Shown here piece by piece: positions 16,240-24,087 of a DNA stretch of 32,000 bases. The position numbers and the translations under genes were made by a program. Below the pieces are notes generated by a model. The model made no database searches. It was given only the letters and a program-made list of their open reading frames with translations, and had not been told where the DNA came from. This stretch comes from Candidatus Saccharimonadota bacterium (GTDB lineage Bacteria; Patescibacteriota; Patescibacteriia; 2-12-FULL-60-25), in contig JALHOH010000001.1 in assembly GCA_022843095.1 (NCBI GenBank), forward strand, positions 90,001 to 122,000, read 5' to 3'. The first letter of the stretch is position 1. Each line of letters starts with the position of its first letter.

Positions 16240-16719
16240 ATGGAACAGCATCAATTCTTTCTCCGCGCGATCGGTGAACCGCATGCGGACTGGCAAGTCG
16301 AGGCGTTGCAGGACTATCTGCTGCGCCTAAAGCCATTTGCAAAGGTGGATGTACGTATTCTGCGCGAGGGTCATCAAGGTTCTTCGACCCCAAATATCGA
16401 GACGGCACGCAAAACCGAAGCGGATGCGCTGCTCGCGTCGCTCCCGAAAGGTGGAACGATCATTGCCCTGGATGAAACCGGAAGGAACTTCACCAGCCTT
16501 CAGTTTGCGCAAAAACTCCGTACCTGGACGGACGGCGGTGCGCCGGTCACCTTTTTACTCGGAGGATCTTGGGGCCTTGATCCGACCGTACGATCGCAGG
16601 CACACGCGACCATTGCGCTAGGCGCACACACACTCCCCCACATTCTCGCGCGGATCGTCCTCCTTGAACAACTCTACCGCGCAGAAACCATCCTGCGTGG
16701 AAAGACGTATCATAAGTAG
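16240..16719 (+). CDS. rlmH: 23S rRNA (pseudouridine1915-N3)-methyltransferase RlmH (SPOUT family)
   Basis: 159 aa and collinear with E. coli RlmH as I recall it: LDxxG, LLIGG/LLGGSWGL, the HxLxRxxLxEQLYRA block and a C-terminal YHK. Confidence 0.9.
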   Translation: MEQHQFFLRAIGEPHADWQVEALQDYLLRLKPFAKVDVRILREGHQGSSTPNIETARKTEADALLASLPKGGTIIALDETGRNFTSLQFAQKLRTWTDGGAPVTFLLGGSWGLDPTVRSQAHATIALGAHTLPHILARIVLLEQLYRAETILRGKTYHK

Positions 16720-16775
16720 CAGCGCTACCATTCATCCCCTGTTCAAAAACATCTCTCACGCCGGGCCACTCACTA

Positions 16776-16801
16776 AAATCCCCCTCGAACGAGGGGGATT
16801 T
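16776..16801. terminator. Bidirectional intrinsic terminator between the convergent rlmH and SulP genes
   Basis: AAATCCCCCTC-gaac-GAGGGGGATTT, with an A-run on one side and a T-run on the other. Confidence 0.75.
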
Positions 16802-16810
16802 ATGGTCTGA

Positions 16811-18430
16811 TCACACCACCGCCCCAACCGCTTCCAAACACTTACTCGTCCGAGCGAACACGCGTCCTTTCTGCTCGATTTCCTTAAACGCGGCGCTTTG
16901 TCTAAGCATCCCCTCGATCAACGGATTCACACCCGTCACATACACCTCTTTCCCTTGCGCTTTAATCAATCCAACGATTTCGTCAAAGTATTCAACGCCA
17001 TCCAAGTCCACGAAATACAGTTCGCGCAGGCGCAAAATCACATGATCAAATCCCGAGAGCCCGTGCTCAAAGCGATGCACATGCAACGGTCCGTTGAAGT
17101 ATGCCAGTTGTCCTTTCATGGAATAAATCACTGTCTTCCCCTTGGGCGGGATCACCTCCAATGATTCGCCGGTGATTTTTTCGGTACTCCCCTTTCCATC
17201 CCCCACGATGAGCTCAAACTGCGCATGCGATACGCGTTCCATGAACAGCAGAAGCGACGCGGCCGTGCCAAACAAAATCCCCACGATCGGATCCTCAAAG
17301 ATGGTCACAAAGGCAACCACCATCGCGAGCGCAAACTCCTTTCGATCCGTGCGGAACATGCGGGTGAATGCATGCACCTCGACCATGCGAAACGCGACGA
17401 ACATCAGAATGGCTGCAATGGCCGCCATGGGAATATAGCGGAAATAGGCAAGCAAAAAGAACGAAATGAGCGCGATACACACCGAACTGATGGCTGCTGA
17501 CGTTTGATGCGTCGCTCCCGTCTTGATGTTCAACGAGGTGCGGGCAAGCGCTGCGGTCGCCGGAATCCCACCTGCTAACCCCGACGCCACGTTCGCAAGC
17601 CCGAGCCCGAGCATCTCCTTGCGCTTGTGGTGCTTCGTCTTCGTTGCATGATCCGCGATCTTCGCAGAGATCATCGTCTCCAAAATCGCCACAAGCGCGA
17701 CGGTGAGCGCCGGCATGATGAGCGATCGATCCAAGAAAAGCGTCGGTGCCTGAAACAACTTTGGCGCAATGTCCGGGAACTTCATCCCAAGCGTCTGCAA
17801 CGTCAACGGAATCGCCTTTGTTTCAGACAAATACCCAATCATGATGGCGATCGGCGAAAGCAAAATCGCTCCCGGAATTTTTGGCGACCATTTGACGCAC
17901 GCAAACAAAAACGCAAGCGAAGCGAGACAAAACACCAAAGCCGTCGGGGAAAACGCCATCGCATGCGTAAGGGTTTCCCACACATTCTTGATGAACTCCG
18001 GGTGTGACGGCAGCCCCGTTAGTCCAAGCGCGTAGTTAAACTGATTCGCCGCAATGATAAAGGCCACCCCAAGGGTAAACCCTTGCATCGTCGATCCCGG
18101 GACAAACACCAAAAACTTTTCAAACTTACACGCGTACGCAATGAGGACAAAAATCCCCGTCACAAGCGCAAGCATCGGGAGCGTGTGCGCGCCATGCATG
18201 AGCGCAAAGGCGGCAAGGATCCCGGAGAGCGCACCCGTCGGCCCGACGATGTTGTAATGACTGCCTCCAAACACCGCCGCCAGCAATCCCGCCCAAATCG
18301 CGGTGATAATCCCGGCGGTAGGCGTGGATTGAGACGCAACCGCGAGCGAAACGGAAAGCGGGATGGAAACCAACGAGACCGTGAGGCCGGACTTCCAATT
18401 TGCCTTCAACCGATCGACGAACGCAGACAT
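16811..18430 (-). CDS. SulP-family anion (sulfate/bicarbonate) permease with a C-terminal STAS domain
   Basis: Multi-TM protein with the typical SulP N-terminus (GLTVSLVSIPLSVSLAVAS...PTAGIITAIWAGLLAAVFGGS) and a STAS-like soluble tail. Start is ATG 18430 (MSAFV...); the track start at 18439 is GTG. Confidence 0.9.
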   Translation of the reverse strand: MSAFVDRLKANWKSGLTVSLVSIPLSVSLAVASQSTPTAGIITAIWAGLLAAVFGGSHYNIVGPTGALSGILAAFALMHGAHTLPMLALVTGIFVLIAYACKFEKFLVFVPGSTMQGFTLGVAFIIAANQFNYALGLTGLPSHPEFIKNVWETLTHAMAFSPTALVFCLASLAFLFACVKWSPKIPGAILLSPIAIMIGYLSETKAIPLTLQTLGMKFPDIAPKLFQAPTLFLDRSLIMPALTVALVAILETMISAKIADHATKTKHHKRKEMLGLGLANVASGLAGGIPATAALARTSLNIKTGATHQTSAAISSVCIALISFFLLAYFRYIPMAAIAAILMFVAFRMVEVHAFTRMFRTDRKEFALAMVVAFVTIFEDPIVGILFGTAASLLLFMERVSHAQFELIVGDGKGSTEKITGESLEVIPPKGKTVIYSMKGQLAYFNGPLHVHRFEHGLSGFDHVILRLRELYFVDLDGVEYFDEIVGLIKAQGKEVYVTGVNPLIEGMLRQSAAFKEIEQKGRVFARTSKCLEAVGAVV

Positions 18431-18441
18431 ACGAAACACAC

Positions 18442-18476
18442 AAAAAAAGAGTAAGCGAATGGTGAGTACGCTACTC
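18442..18476 (-). terminator. Intrinsic terminator after the kinase-like gene
   Basis: Minus-strand sense: GAGTAGCG...CGCTTACTC (one bulge) followed by TTTTTTTGTGTG. Confidence 0.55.
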
Positions 18477-18511
18477 CTCTCTTGCAGGGTTGGCTAGCCC
18501 AAAGGAATCCC

Positions 18512-19363
18512 CTACTTACGCGTCCGATCATCCATCTCTTCCGTCGCAACCTTGCGCGCCGCGGCAAGCCGCGCCTTTTGCTTTTCTACCTGTTGCCCAA
18601 GCTGTGGATCGCTCCGTTCAAATGGCGGTACCGCACCATGGTCCAACACCTCCTTCAACCGATCCAAAAACAATTCCATCTCTTTCTTCGCAATCTGCAT
18701 CGAATCTTCTGTCACTGCACCGTTCCCATCCTCTTTCTGATGCAAAAAACGAAACACCTCACTCACCGCTTCCGCTTCTTTTCCGGCGCGCACCTCCTCA
18801 GACACGCCGACCTCGGCGGTTCCCTGCTTCATCGCCCGTCGATAGGCGAGCTGTGCAGAGACGGCGTCATAGGTACGTTGCAGCTTCGCGCGCAACCCAT
18901 CGGACATCTTCCAATCAGGATGCGCATGCGTCACCTCGACCGCCGCGCTGTACACCCCGTCCACGGGACGCATCCGCGTGCGCATCTCCCCCGTCGGACC
19001 ACGTTCCGTCGTTGGTTCAGAGAGACCAAGCGCATACCCATTATCAATGGCATGAAACTGCTTGGACGCTTCATCGTAAAACAGGTTTCCCCAATGACGA
19101 TCCGAGCTGTTGACCAAATAATCCATGACCGCAATTTCCATGAGGGATTCCGCCCCGGGATGATCCTTCCCTTCGACCAGTACCTGTTTCGCCTCCTCAG
19201 ATTGCAGGAACGCTCCGGTGTCTCGGGTCCCGGCACGTGCCTGCACGGACAATAATTCCTCCCCGCGCTTCTTCAGAATTGTAGGCGGGACGCGATCGAT
19301 CCCGCAAAGCATTGCGAGTGCGTACACCCCCGCTTCGGCTTTTGCGGTATACCCCACTTCCAT
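18512..19363 (-). CDS. PI3K/PI4K-like atypical kinase, C-terminal portion (catalytic loop and activation segment)
   Basis: DRHWGN matches the DRHxxN catalytic loop and AIDNGYALG is the DFG equivalent. GYTAKAEAGVYALAMLCGIDRVPPT resembles the GYLSEAGASxxD...VPxT block of type II PI4-kinases, as I recall it. Confidence 0.6.
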   Translation of the reverse strand: MEVGYTAKAEAGVYALAMLCGIDRVPPTILKKRGEELLSVQARAGTRDTGAFLQSEEAKQVLVEGKDHPGAESLMEIAVMDYLVNSSDRHWGNLFYDEASKQFHAIDNGYALGLSEPTTERGPTGEMRTRMRPVDGVYSAAVEVTHAHPDWKMSDGLRAKLQRTYDAVSAQLAYRRAMKQGTAEVGVSEEVRAGKEAEAVSEVFRFLHQKEDGNGAVTEDSMQIAKKEMELFLDRLKEVLDHGAVPPFERSDPQLGQQVEKQKARLAAARKVATEEMDDRTRK

Positions 19364-19366
19364 GGA

Positions 19367-19981
19367 TCAGGCCCCAATACGATCCGTTCCCATCGGAACC
19401 GCCTCCGGACGCACGCCATAGGCGGACGCGACACGTGACCGTGTTTCTTGTAACGCCTCTTTTTTATCAACCCAATATGACGCCTGTTCTGCCGTTGAAA
19501 GGTCCGCCGTCTCTTCAAACCCCTCACGGGATTGCTGAATGCGCGCATCTTCTCCATACACACTTTTCACCTTCCATGCCTCCCCCGTACGCACATCGAC
19601 ATCCACGGCGTATTCTCCGTTCTGTGGCTTTCCGAATGCCTCAAGCGACTCCCCGCCATTTGGATCCGCCAGATCCAACTGCACCGTAGTGTTCTCTCCC
19701 GGATCACCCAGTTGTTTTACCTCTTTTACCGCAAGTGCATCCAAAATCCCCAACTGACGATGGTGCTCGACCGCCGTTAAATCATCCTCGGCATGACCAC
19801 GGCGAATCAATTCCGCTTGTAACGCCGATTGAACACGATCCCACGTGCGAAGTGCACGCGTCTGTTCGTGGTTCGCCTGCTGTTCTGGCGTTGGTTGCGG
19901 ACGTTCCGCGGTCGGCGGAGATGCGGGCGCCTCTTTACGACGCACCTTCATCGGCTCGGTACGCGCGATCATTTCCTCCAT
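19367..19981 (-). CDS. Upstream portion of the same kinase-like reading frame (probable N-lobe), ending at an in-frame TGA
   Basis: It is in the same frame as 18512..19363 and separated from it only by TGA plus one codon (..IGA * S M EVGY..). It contains GEAWKVKS, a candidate FKPK-like lysine strand. The start is ATG 19981 or the ATGA-coupled ATG 19972. Confidence 0.5.
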   Translation of the reverse strand: MEEMIARTEPMKVRRKEAPASPPTAERPQPTPEQQANHEQTRALRTWDRVQSALQAELIRRGHAEDDLTAVEHHRQLGILDALAVKEVKQLGDPGENTTVQLDLADPNGGESLEAFGKPQNGEYAVDVDVRTGEAWKVKSVYGEDARIQQSREGFEETADLSTAEQASYWVDKKEALQETRSRVASAYGVRPEAVPMGTDRIGA

Positions 19982-20262
19982 AGTTTTGGTTCTATTTTCC
20001 GCACCGGTTCCGATGTTCGGCGAAACCGAAGCGATGCGTTCGTCAGACACGCAAGCGCCTCTAAAAAGGCGTTCCCGTCCGCAGGGGTCACAAAGGCATG
20101 TGTCAGATGATTCTGCACGCCGTCCGCGACCCAAGATCGAATCGCCTCCGGCAGCGCATCAATCTGCGCAACACCATGCTCATCAACCCAAACGCGGATC
20201 GGTGCACCTTCCTGTCCGGTCGCATCTACCGGGAAAAAATACAGTTCTTTTGTCACTGGCAT
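19969..20262 (-). CDS. Hypothetical protein (~97 aa)
   Basis: MPVTKELYFFPVDATGQEGAPIRVWVDEHG... has protein-like composition. Its TGA stop overlaps the downstream ATG (ATGA at 19969-19972), suggesting translational coupling to the kinase-like gene. Confidence 0.6.
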   Translation of the reverse strand: MPVTKELYFFPVDATGQEGAPIRVWVDEHGVAQIDALPEAIRSWVADGVQNHLTHAFVTPADGNAFLEALACLTNASLRFRRTSEPVRKIEPKLWRK

Positions 20263-20287
20263 GACACTACTATGCACGCGGTGCAAC

Positions 20288-20321
20288 AAAAAAACGAGAG
20301 CCTGTCAGCCCTCGTTTTTTT
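20288..20321. terminator. Bidirectional-looking terminator hairpin flanked by A7 and T7
   Basis: aaaaaaACGAGAGC-ctgtca-GCCCTCGTttttttt, with 7 bp and one mismatch. Confidence 0.6.
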
Positions 20322-20329
20322 CTCTTCCA

Positions 20330-21232
20330 TTACTTCCCTTTACTCGCCACGTTCGCCGTGAGCACGGAATCACGCAGCTGTGCGGCGATATCCGTCAGGT
20401 GTCCCGGCGTGTGCGGAATAAGAATCGTGTTCGTTTCCGCAGAAACGCCAATGTCCTTCAACGTATCAAAGTACTGCGTCATAAGCACAAGCGACAACAC
20501 GTCCTGGGGCGACGTCCCGGGGATGGAGTCCTTGAAGTCCATCACCGATTCTCGCAACCCTTCCACGATCGCACGTCGCTGATCCGCAATCCCCTTCCCC
20601 TGCAACGCTTTGGATTCTGCTTCCGCTTCCGCCTTTTTCACAACCAAGATTTTGTCCGCTTCCGCCTTTTCAGCAGCCGCGACACGCATGCGTTGCGCGG
20701 CGTTGATTTCATTCATCGCTTCTTTCACTTTGTGATCCGGCTCGATCTCCGTCACAAGTGCCTTCACGATCCCGTATCCGTATTCATCCATGACGTGCGT
20801 GAGCTCGCTCTTCACCGCATCCGCAATCTCATCTTTCTTTTCAAACACGTCATCCAACTTCATGGACGGCACGCGCGCGCGAACGACATCGAACACAAAC
20901 GAGGTGATCTGACGCGCCGGATCATCCAAGCGGTAAAACGCGGCGTACACTTTTTCCGGCTGCACAAAAAACTGCACGGACACCACCGCATGGACGAACA
21001 CGTTGTCATGCGTCTTGGTCTCAATCTTCACATCCAGCTGCTGCACGCGCAGGTTCACACGTCCGGCGATCTTCTCGATAAACGGGATTTTGACGTTCAA
21101 CCCTGGTAATGCGATGCGGGCAAATTTCCCGAAACGCTGTACCACCACCGCCGTTTGCTGTTTGACCGTATAAAATAGGCCAAAAAACGTGGCAAGTCCA
21201 AACACCACAACCACCCAAAAAAGGATGTTCAT
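20330..21232 (-). CDS. SPFH/Band-7 (stomatin/prohibitin-like) membrane protein
   Basis: An N-terminal TM helix is followed by the SPFH core (VVQRFGKF..PGLN.KIPFIEK...VDV..QV...) and an Ala/Glu-rich coiled coil. Start is ATG 21232 (MNILFW...). Confidence 0.9.
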   Translation of the reverse strand: MNILFWVVVVFGLATFFGLFYTVKQQTAVVVQRFGKFARIALPGLNVKIPFIEKIAGRVNLRVQQLDVKIETKTHDNVFVHAVVSVQFFVQPEKVYAAFYRLDDPARQITSFVFDVVRARVPSMKLDDVFEKKDEIADAVKSELTHVMDEYGYGIVKALVTEIEPDHKVKEAMNEINAAQRMRVAAAEKAEADKILVVKKAEAEAESKALQGKGIADQRRAIVEGLRESVMDFKDSIPGTSPQDVLSLVLMTQYFDTLKDIGVSAETNTILIPHTPGHLTDIAAQLRDSVLTANVASKGK

Positions 21233-21277
21233 ATGCGGAAAGTGGAACAAACCTCACGCAAAAAATCAAGGGCTGAA

Positions 21278-21306
21278 CAAAAAACATCCTGACAATGCAG
21301 GATGTT
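21278..21306 (-). terminator. Intrinsic terminator after tRNA-Leu
   Basis: Minus-strand sense: AACATCCTG-cattgt-CAGGATGTT followed by TTTTGTT. Confidence 0.65.
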
Positions 21307-21311
21307 CCCGA

Positions 21312-21398
21312 TGGTGCCGAGAGTGGGACTTGAACCCACATCCTCTTTCGAGGGCCAGCTCCTAAGGCTGGTGTGTCTGCCAATTTCACCATCTCGGC
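21312..21398 (-). tRNA. tRNA-Leu(UAG), class II, CCA encoded
   Basis: Hand fold: acceptor GCCGAGA/TCTCGGC, D stem GTG/CAC, anticodon arm CCAGC-CTTAGGA-GCTGG, a 15-nt variable arm, T arm GTGGG-TTCAAGT-CCCAC, then ACCA. Confidence 0.9.
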
Positions 21399-21524
21399 GC
21401 ATGCAAAATGATGACAACCCGACCACGGTACCGCGATGCGAGAAGGATTGACAAGGTGTTCTTACCCCCGGCAGGACACCGCTCGTTCCCTCAAAACATG
21501 AACGCAGTACCTACGTATCATCAC

Positions 21525-21575
21525 TGCACGAAACAACGCACCACCCGGTGCGTTGTTTTGGTACGCGTGCCTGGA
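21525..21575. repeat. 51-bp direct repeat, copy 1 (orphan tRNA-Ile 3' end plus terminator hairpin)
   Basis: tgcacgaaacaacgcaccacccggtgcgttgttttggtacgcgtgcctgga is identical to 21678..21728. Confidence 0.9.
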
Positions 21576-21677
21576 ATCTCACATCGCTCGTGCCTCGCTC
21601 TTGGGAAACCGGCGGTTTCCCAGCCTTCCGCAATGCGGAAACCTCCCGGTTTCCGTCCCTTCCCCGGTTCTCATCCA

Positions 21678-21728
21678 TGCACGAAACAACGCACCACCCG
21701 GTGCGTTGTTTTGGTACGCGTGCCTGGA
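21678..21728. repeat. 51-bp direct repeat, copy 2 (overlaps the genuine 3' 17 nt of tRNA-Ile(UAU) and its downstream hairpin)
   Basis: Perfect identity with 21525..21575. The hairpin is AACAACGCACC-GGGT-GGTGCGTTGTT (minus-strand sense). Confidence 0.9.
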
Positions 21729-21786
21729 TTCGAACCAGGGACCAGGTGTGTATAAGACACCCGCTCTACCACTGAGCTACACGCGC
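21712..21786 (-). tRNA. tRNA-Ile(UAU), CCA encoded
   Basis: Hand fold: acceptor GCGCGTG/CACGCGT (G1-U72 wobble), D arm GCTC-AGTGGTA-GAGC, anticodon arm GGTGT-CTTATAC-ACACC (U33, anticodon TAT, A37), T arm CCTGG-TTCGAAT-CCAGG, then ACCA. Confidence 0.85.
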
Positions 21787-21806
21787 GAAACATCTTTCCA
21801 CCTCGG

Positions 21807-21835
21807 AGCTTACGGCCCTCCACTTCCCTTGACAA
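21807..21835 (-). promoter_or_regulatory. Candidate promoter for tRNA-Ile: TTGTCA, 17 nt, TAAGCT
   Basis: The reverse complement reads aacTTGTCAagggaagtggagggccgTAAGCTccgagg. The tRNA starts about 20 nt downstream. Confidence 0.45.
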
Positions 21836-21900
21836 GTTCGATTTTTTTTGGTCAGCTCAGATCAGTTCTTTGCGCACAAAAAACAAGCAAAGGAGGGACC

Positions 21901-22578
21901 ATGAGCGTCATTTCGCTCGAACAAGCTCGCGAAATTCGTGAGCGAGCCAAAACGGAGCAGGCTGTCGCCGACTTTCGTCGGCGCCTCGTTCAGCGGTTCC
22001 CGGAGACTACAAACTCCGGAGATCCGATTCGCGAGCCCACGCTGAATTGCCGGGCGTTGCGGGACTATTTGCTCACACACACAAAGCCCCGATTCGCCTG
22101 GCATAGCGAGGAGTGGAAAGAAGAACGTGGGATGGTTTCGACGGATCTCGCCCACGCGATGACGAAGCATCCGTCGCTCGCGAACGATCTGCCGTTCCAC
22201 GAAGCGCTCGCCGCCCTGTTTCCAGACACACTTCCCGCGAAGGTCTGGCAGTACTACAAAGCACCTGCCGACAAGGAAAGGCGCCCGAAGTTTGACGAAC
22301 ACGGGATGACAAGGGCTTTCAAGTCACTGTGTACGTGGAGCTGGTACGACGGTCTCGTCTTGAAAGCGCTCACGAACAGACTCGTGAAGCGAGAAATCGA
22401 GACGCCGTCGCCCGCGAGTCACGAGGCGCTCTTCTTCATCTACTTCCACGGCGCGCAAACGTATTACGCGTTTTGCGAAGAAATGGAACGACAACCAAAG
22501 CATTCCGCGACCGCCCTGTACGATCGGCGTAACCCGCTCCTCTGGAAAAGGTCGCTGCATCGCGGAGCGGGTCGATGA
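21901..22578 (+). CDS. Hypothetical protein (225 aa)
   Basis: ATG 21901 is preceded by AAAGGAGGG. The track ORF start at 21553 would run through the tRNA gene, so I reject it. No recognisable motif. Confidence 0.65.
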   Translation: MSVISLEQAREIRERAKTEQAVADFRRRLVQRFPETTNSGDPIREPTLNCRALRDYLLTHTKPRFAWHSEEWKEERGMVSTDLAHAMTKHPSLANDLPFHEALAALFPDTLPAKVWQYYKAPADKERRPKFDEHGMTRAFKSLCTWSWYDGLVLKALTNRLVKREIETPSPASHEALFFIYFHGAQTYYAFCEEMERQPKHSATALYDRRNPLLWKRSLHRGAGR

Positions 22579-23111
22579 ACACACCCACGGTAGAACGATG
22601 CGCGGAAGCAGAAACCGTCGTCGTTCCAACAACGATCGCGTTGTGGCTCCGGTGCTATCCGCGCCTGAACAAGGTTTTCGGAAGCCTCGCGCGCTCGCAT
22701 CCGGCGCTGTTTGCCTCCAAGGAAGCCGTCGCATTCTTTTCCCTGCTCATCTTGGCAGGAAATGGAAACGACACCTGGGGAGACATAGACGGACCGCGCA
22801 GGCACCGATACGCAAACCGAAGTCCGGCTCACCTTGGACGTCGGCTCAAGCGACACTGGCGTGCCACCCGGGAACTCCCACGCACGTTTCCCCGAACAAG
22901 CAGCGGAACGCCGTTCCCGCTTACCCCGATGGAAGGCGCGCTCGCCTTGTGGCGACCGCTCATCCCCATCACCCTCATCGACTTCTGGAGCCAAGCAACC
23001 GGTAGACGGGTCGTTTTGTCCCGTTCCCCCCTTCGCTGGGACTCCCCCGTTGAATTGTCTCTCGCGATCGCCATTTCCCGATCTCTGATCGCTCTTGGCT
23101 ATCGCTGGTAA
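22575..23111 (+). CDS. Hypothetical protein (178 aa)
   Basis: It shares an ATGA start/stop overlap with the upstream gene and is followed directly by a terminator. The composition is Arg/Pro-rich, so confidence is lower. Confidence 0.45.
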   Translation: MNTPTVERCAEAETVVVPTTIALWLRCYPRLNKVFGSLARSHPALFASKEAVAFFSLLILAGNGNDTWGDIDGPRRHRYANRSPAHLGRRLKRHWRATRELPRTFPRTSSGTPFPLTPMEGALALWRPLIPITLIDFWSQATGRRVVLSRSPLRWDSPVELSLAIAISRSLIALGYRW

Positions 23112-23113
23112 CC

Positions 23114-23138
23114 CCCTCCCGTGACGCGGGAGGGTTTT
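23114..23138 (+). terminator. Intrinsic terminator
   Basis: CCCTCCCG-tgacg-CGGGAGGG followed by TTTT. Confidence 0.7.
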
Positions 23139-23160
23139 CTGTATAGGATACGAGAACACT

Positions 23161-24078
23161 ATGCACCGCTGGGAAATTTCGCAGGAATTCGCCAAAATGC
23201 GTTTGGACCATTTTTTGGTTCAAGCTGTTCCATCTTGGTCTAGAAGCGCGGTCCAACAGGCCATCAAACACGGCCACGTGTTGGTGAATGATACGGTCCC
23301 GACCGTTCATCGCTTTTTAAAAGTTGGCGATGTGGTGACCTGGAAGAACACCGCGAACGAGGTACCGGTTTCCGCGCACCCGCTTCCCACCATCACGATC
23401 CTCAAAGAGACGCCGGACTGGATCGTGTTATTGAAACCCGCCGGACTATTGGTTCATCCGTCGCACGCGCATCAAACCGAACCTTCGTTGGTCGATTGGT
23501 TGGTGGCGCATTATCCGCCGATTGGCAGAGTTGGCGAAGATCCCGCACGTCCGGGGATCGTTCATCGTTTGGACAAAGAAGTGGGTGGCGTCATGGTGGT
23601 TGCAAAAACCCAAGCCGGTTTTGATGCCCTCAAAAAACAATTCGCCGGACGCATGGTTGAAAAACGGTACGTCGCACTCGTGCATGGAACTCCACCGGAC
23701 CAAGAGGGTGACATCAAATTACGCATCGCGCGCAGCACCTCCAAAGCGCGCATGGCCGCACGTCCGACGAATGATCCGGGGGGCAAAGCCGCCTGGACCC
23801 ACTATCGTGTCCGCCAAGCCCATGAAGGAGCGACCTTGCTGGATTTGGAGATTCTCTCCGGACGCACGCACCAAATCCGTGCGCACATGCACGCCATAGG
23901 CTGTCCCATCGTTGGAGACGCACTCTACGCTGGTAAGCAGGTGAAACGCGCCATTCCTGCGGAACGCATGTTGCTGCAAAGCACCCATCTCGCGTTCAAC
24001 GATCCGGGAACGGGAGAACGCGTCTCGTTCGACGCCCCGCTTGACGCGCTCTTCTCGGACGTCACGCGAACGCTTTAG
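23161..24078 (+). CDS. rluD: RluA-family 23S rRNA pseudouridine synthase, RluD-like (S4 domain plus catalytic domain)
   Basis: The N-terminal S4-like RLDHFL...V.VN is followed by the catalytic HRLDKEVGGVMVVAKT motif and the GRTHQIRAH block. Confidence 0.9.
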   Translation: MHRWEISQEFAKMRLDHFLVQAVPSWSRSAVQQAIKHGHVLVNDTVPTVHRFLKVGDVVTWKNTANEVPVSAHPLPTITILKETPDWIVLLKPAGLLVHPSHAHQTEPSLVDWLVAHYPPIGRVGEDPARPGIVHRLDKEVGGVMVVAKTQAGFDALKKQFAGRMVEKRYVALVHGTPPDQEGDIKLRIARSTSKARMAARPTNDPGGKAAWTHYRVRQAHEGATLLDLEILSGRTHQIRAHMHAIGCPIVGDALYAGKQVKRAIPAERMLLQSTHLAFNDPGTGERVSFDAPLDALFSDVTRTL

Positions 24079-24087
24079 GATACCGTC

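Noticed and set aside
15873-16408. ORFs 15873..16079 (+) and 16061..16408 (-)
   Set aside because: The first lies in the structured rRNA leader between the promoter and 23S. The second is antisense to the rRNA promoter and to the well-supported rlmH gene.
19364-19369. Genome-wide UGA reassignment (code 25 or 4) or selenocysteine as the explanation for the in-frame TGA
   Set aside because: Other well-supported genes in the same region terminate at TGA (the SulP gene at 16811, and the 97-aa gene at 19969), and long ORFs such as uvrA contain no internal TGA. I could not find a convincing SECIS-like hairpin at the expected distance downstream.
21561-21660. A second, complete tRNA gene at the first copy of the 51-bp repeat
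   Set aside because: Only the last 17 nt of the tRNA are present. The sequence upstream lacks the complementary T-arm strand and a 5' acceptor strand.
22464-23195. Minus-strand ORF 22464..23195 (243 aa)
   Set aside because: It is antisense to two coupled plus-strand ORFs that have an SD and a terminator. It runs through the plus-strand terminator and into the rluD start, and its composition is low-complexity.
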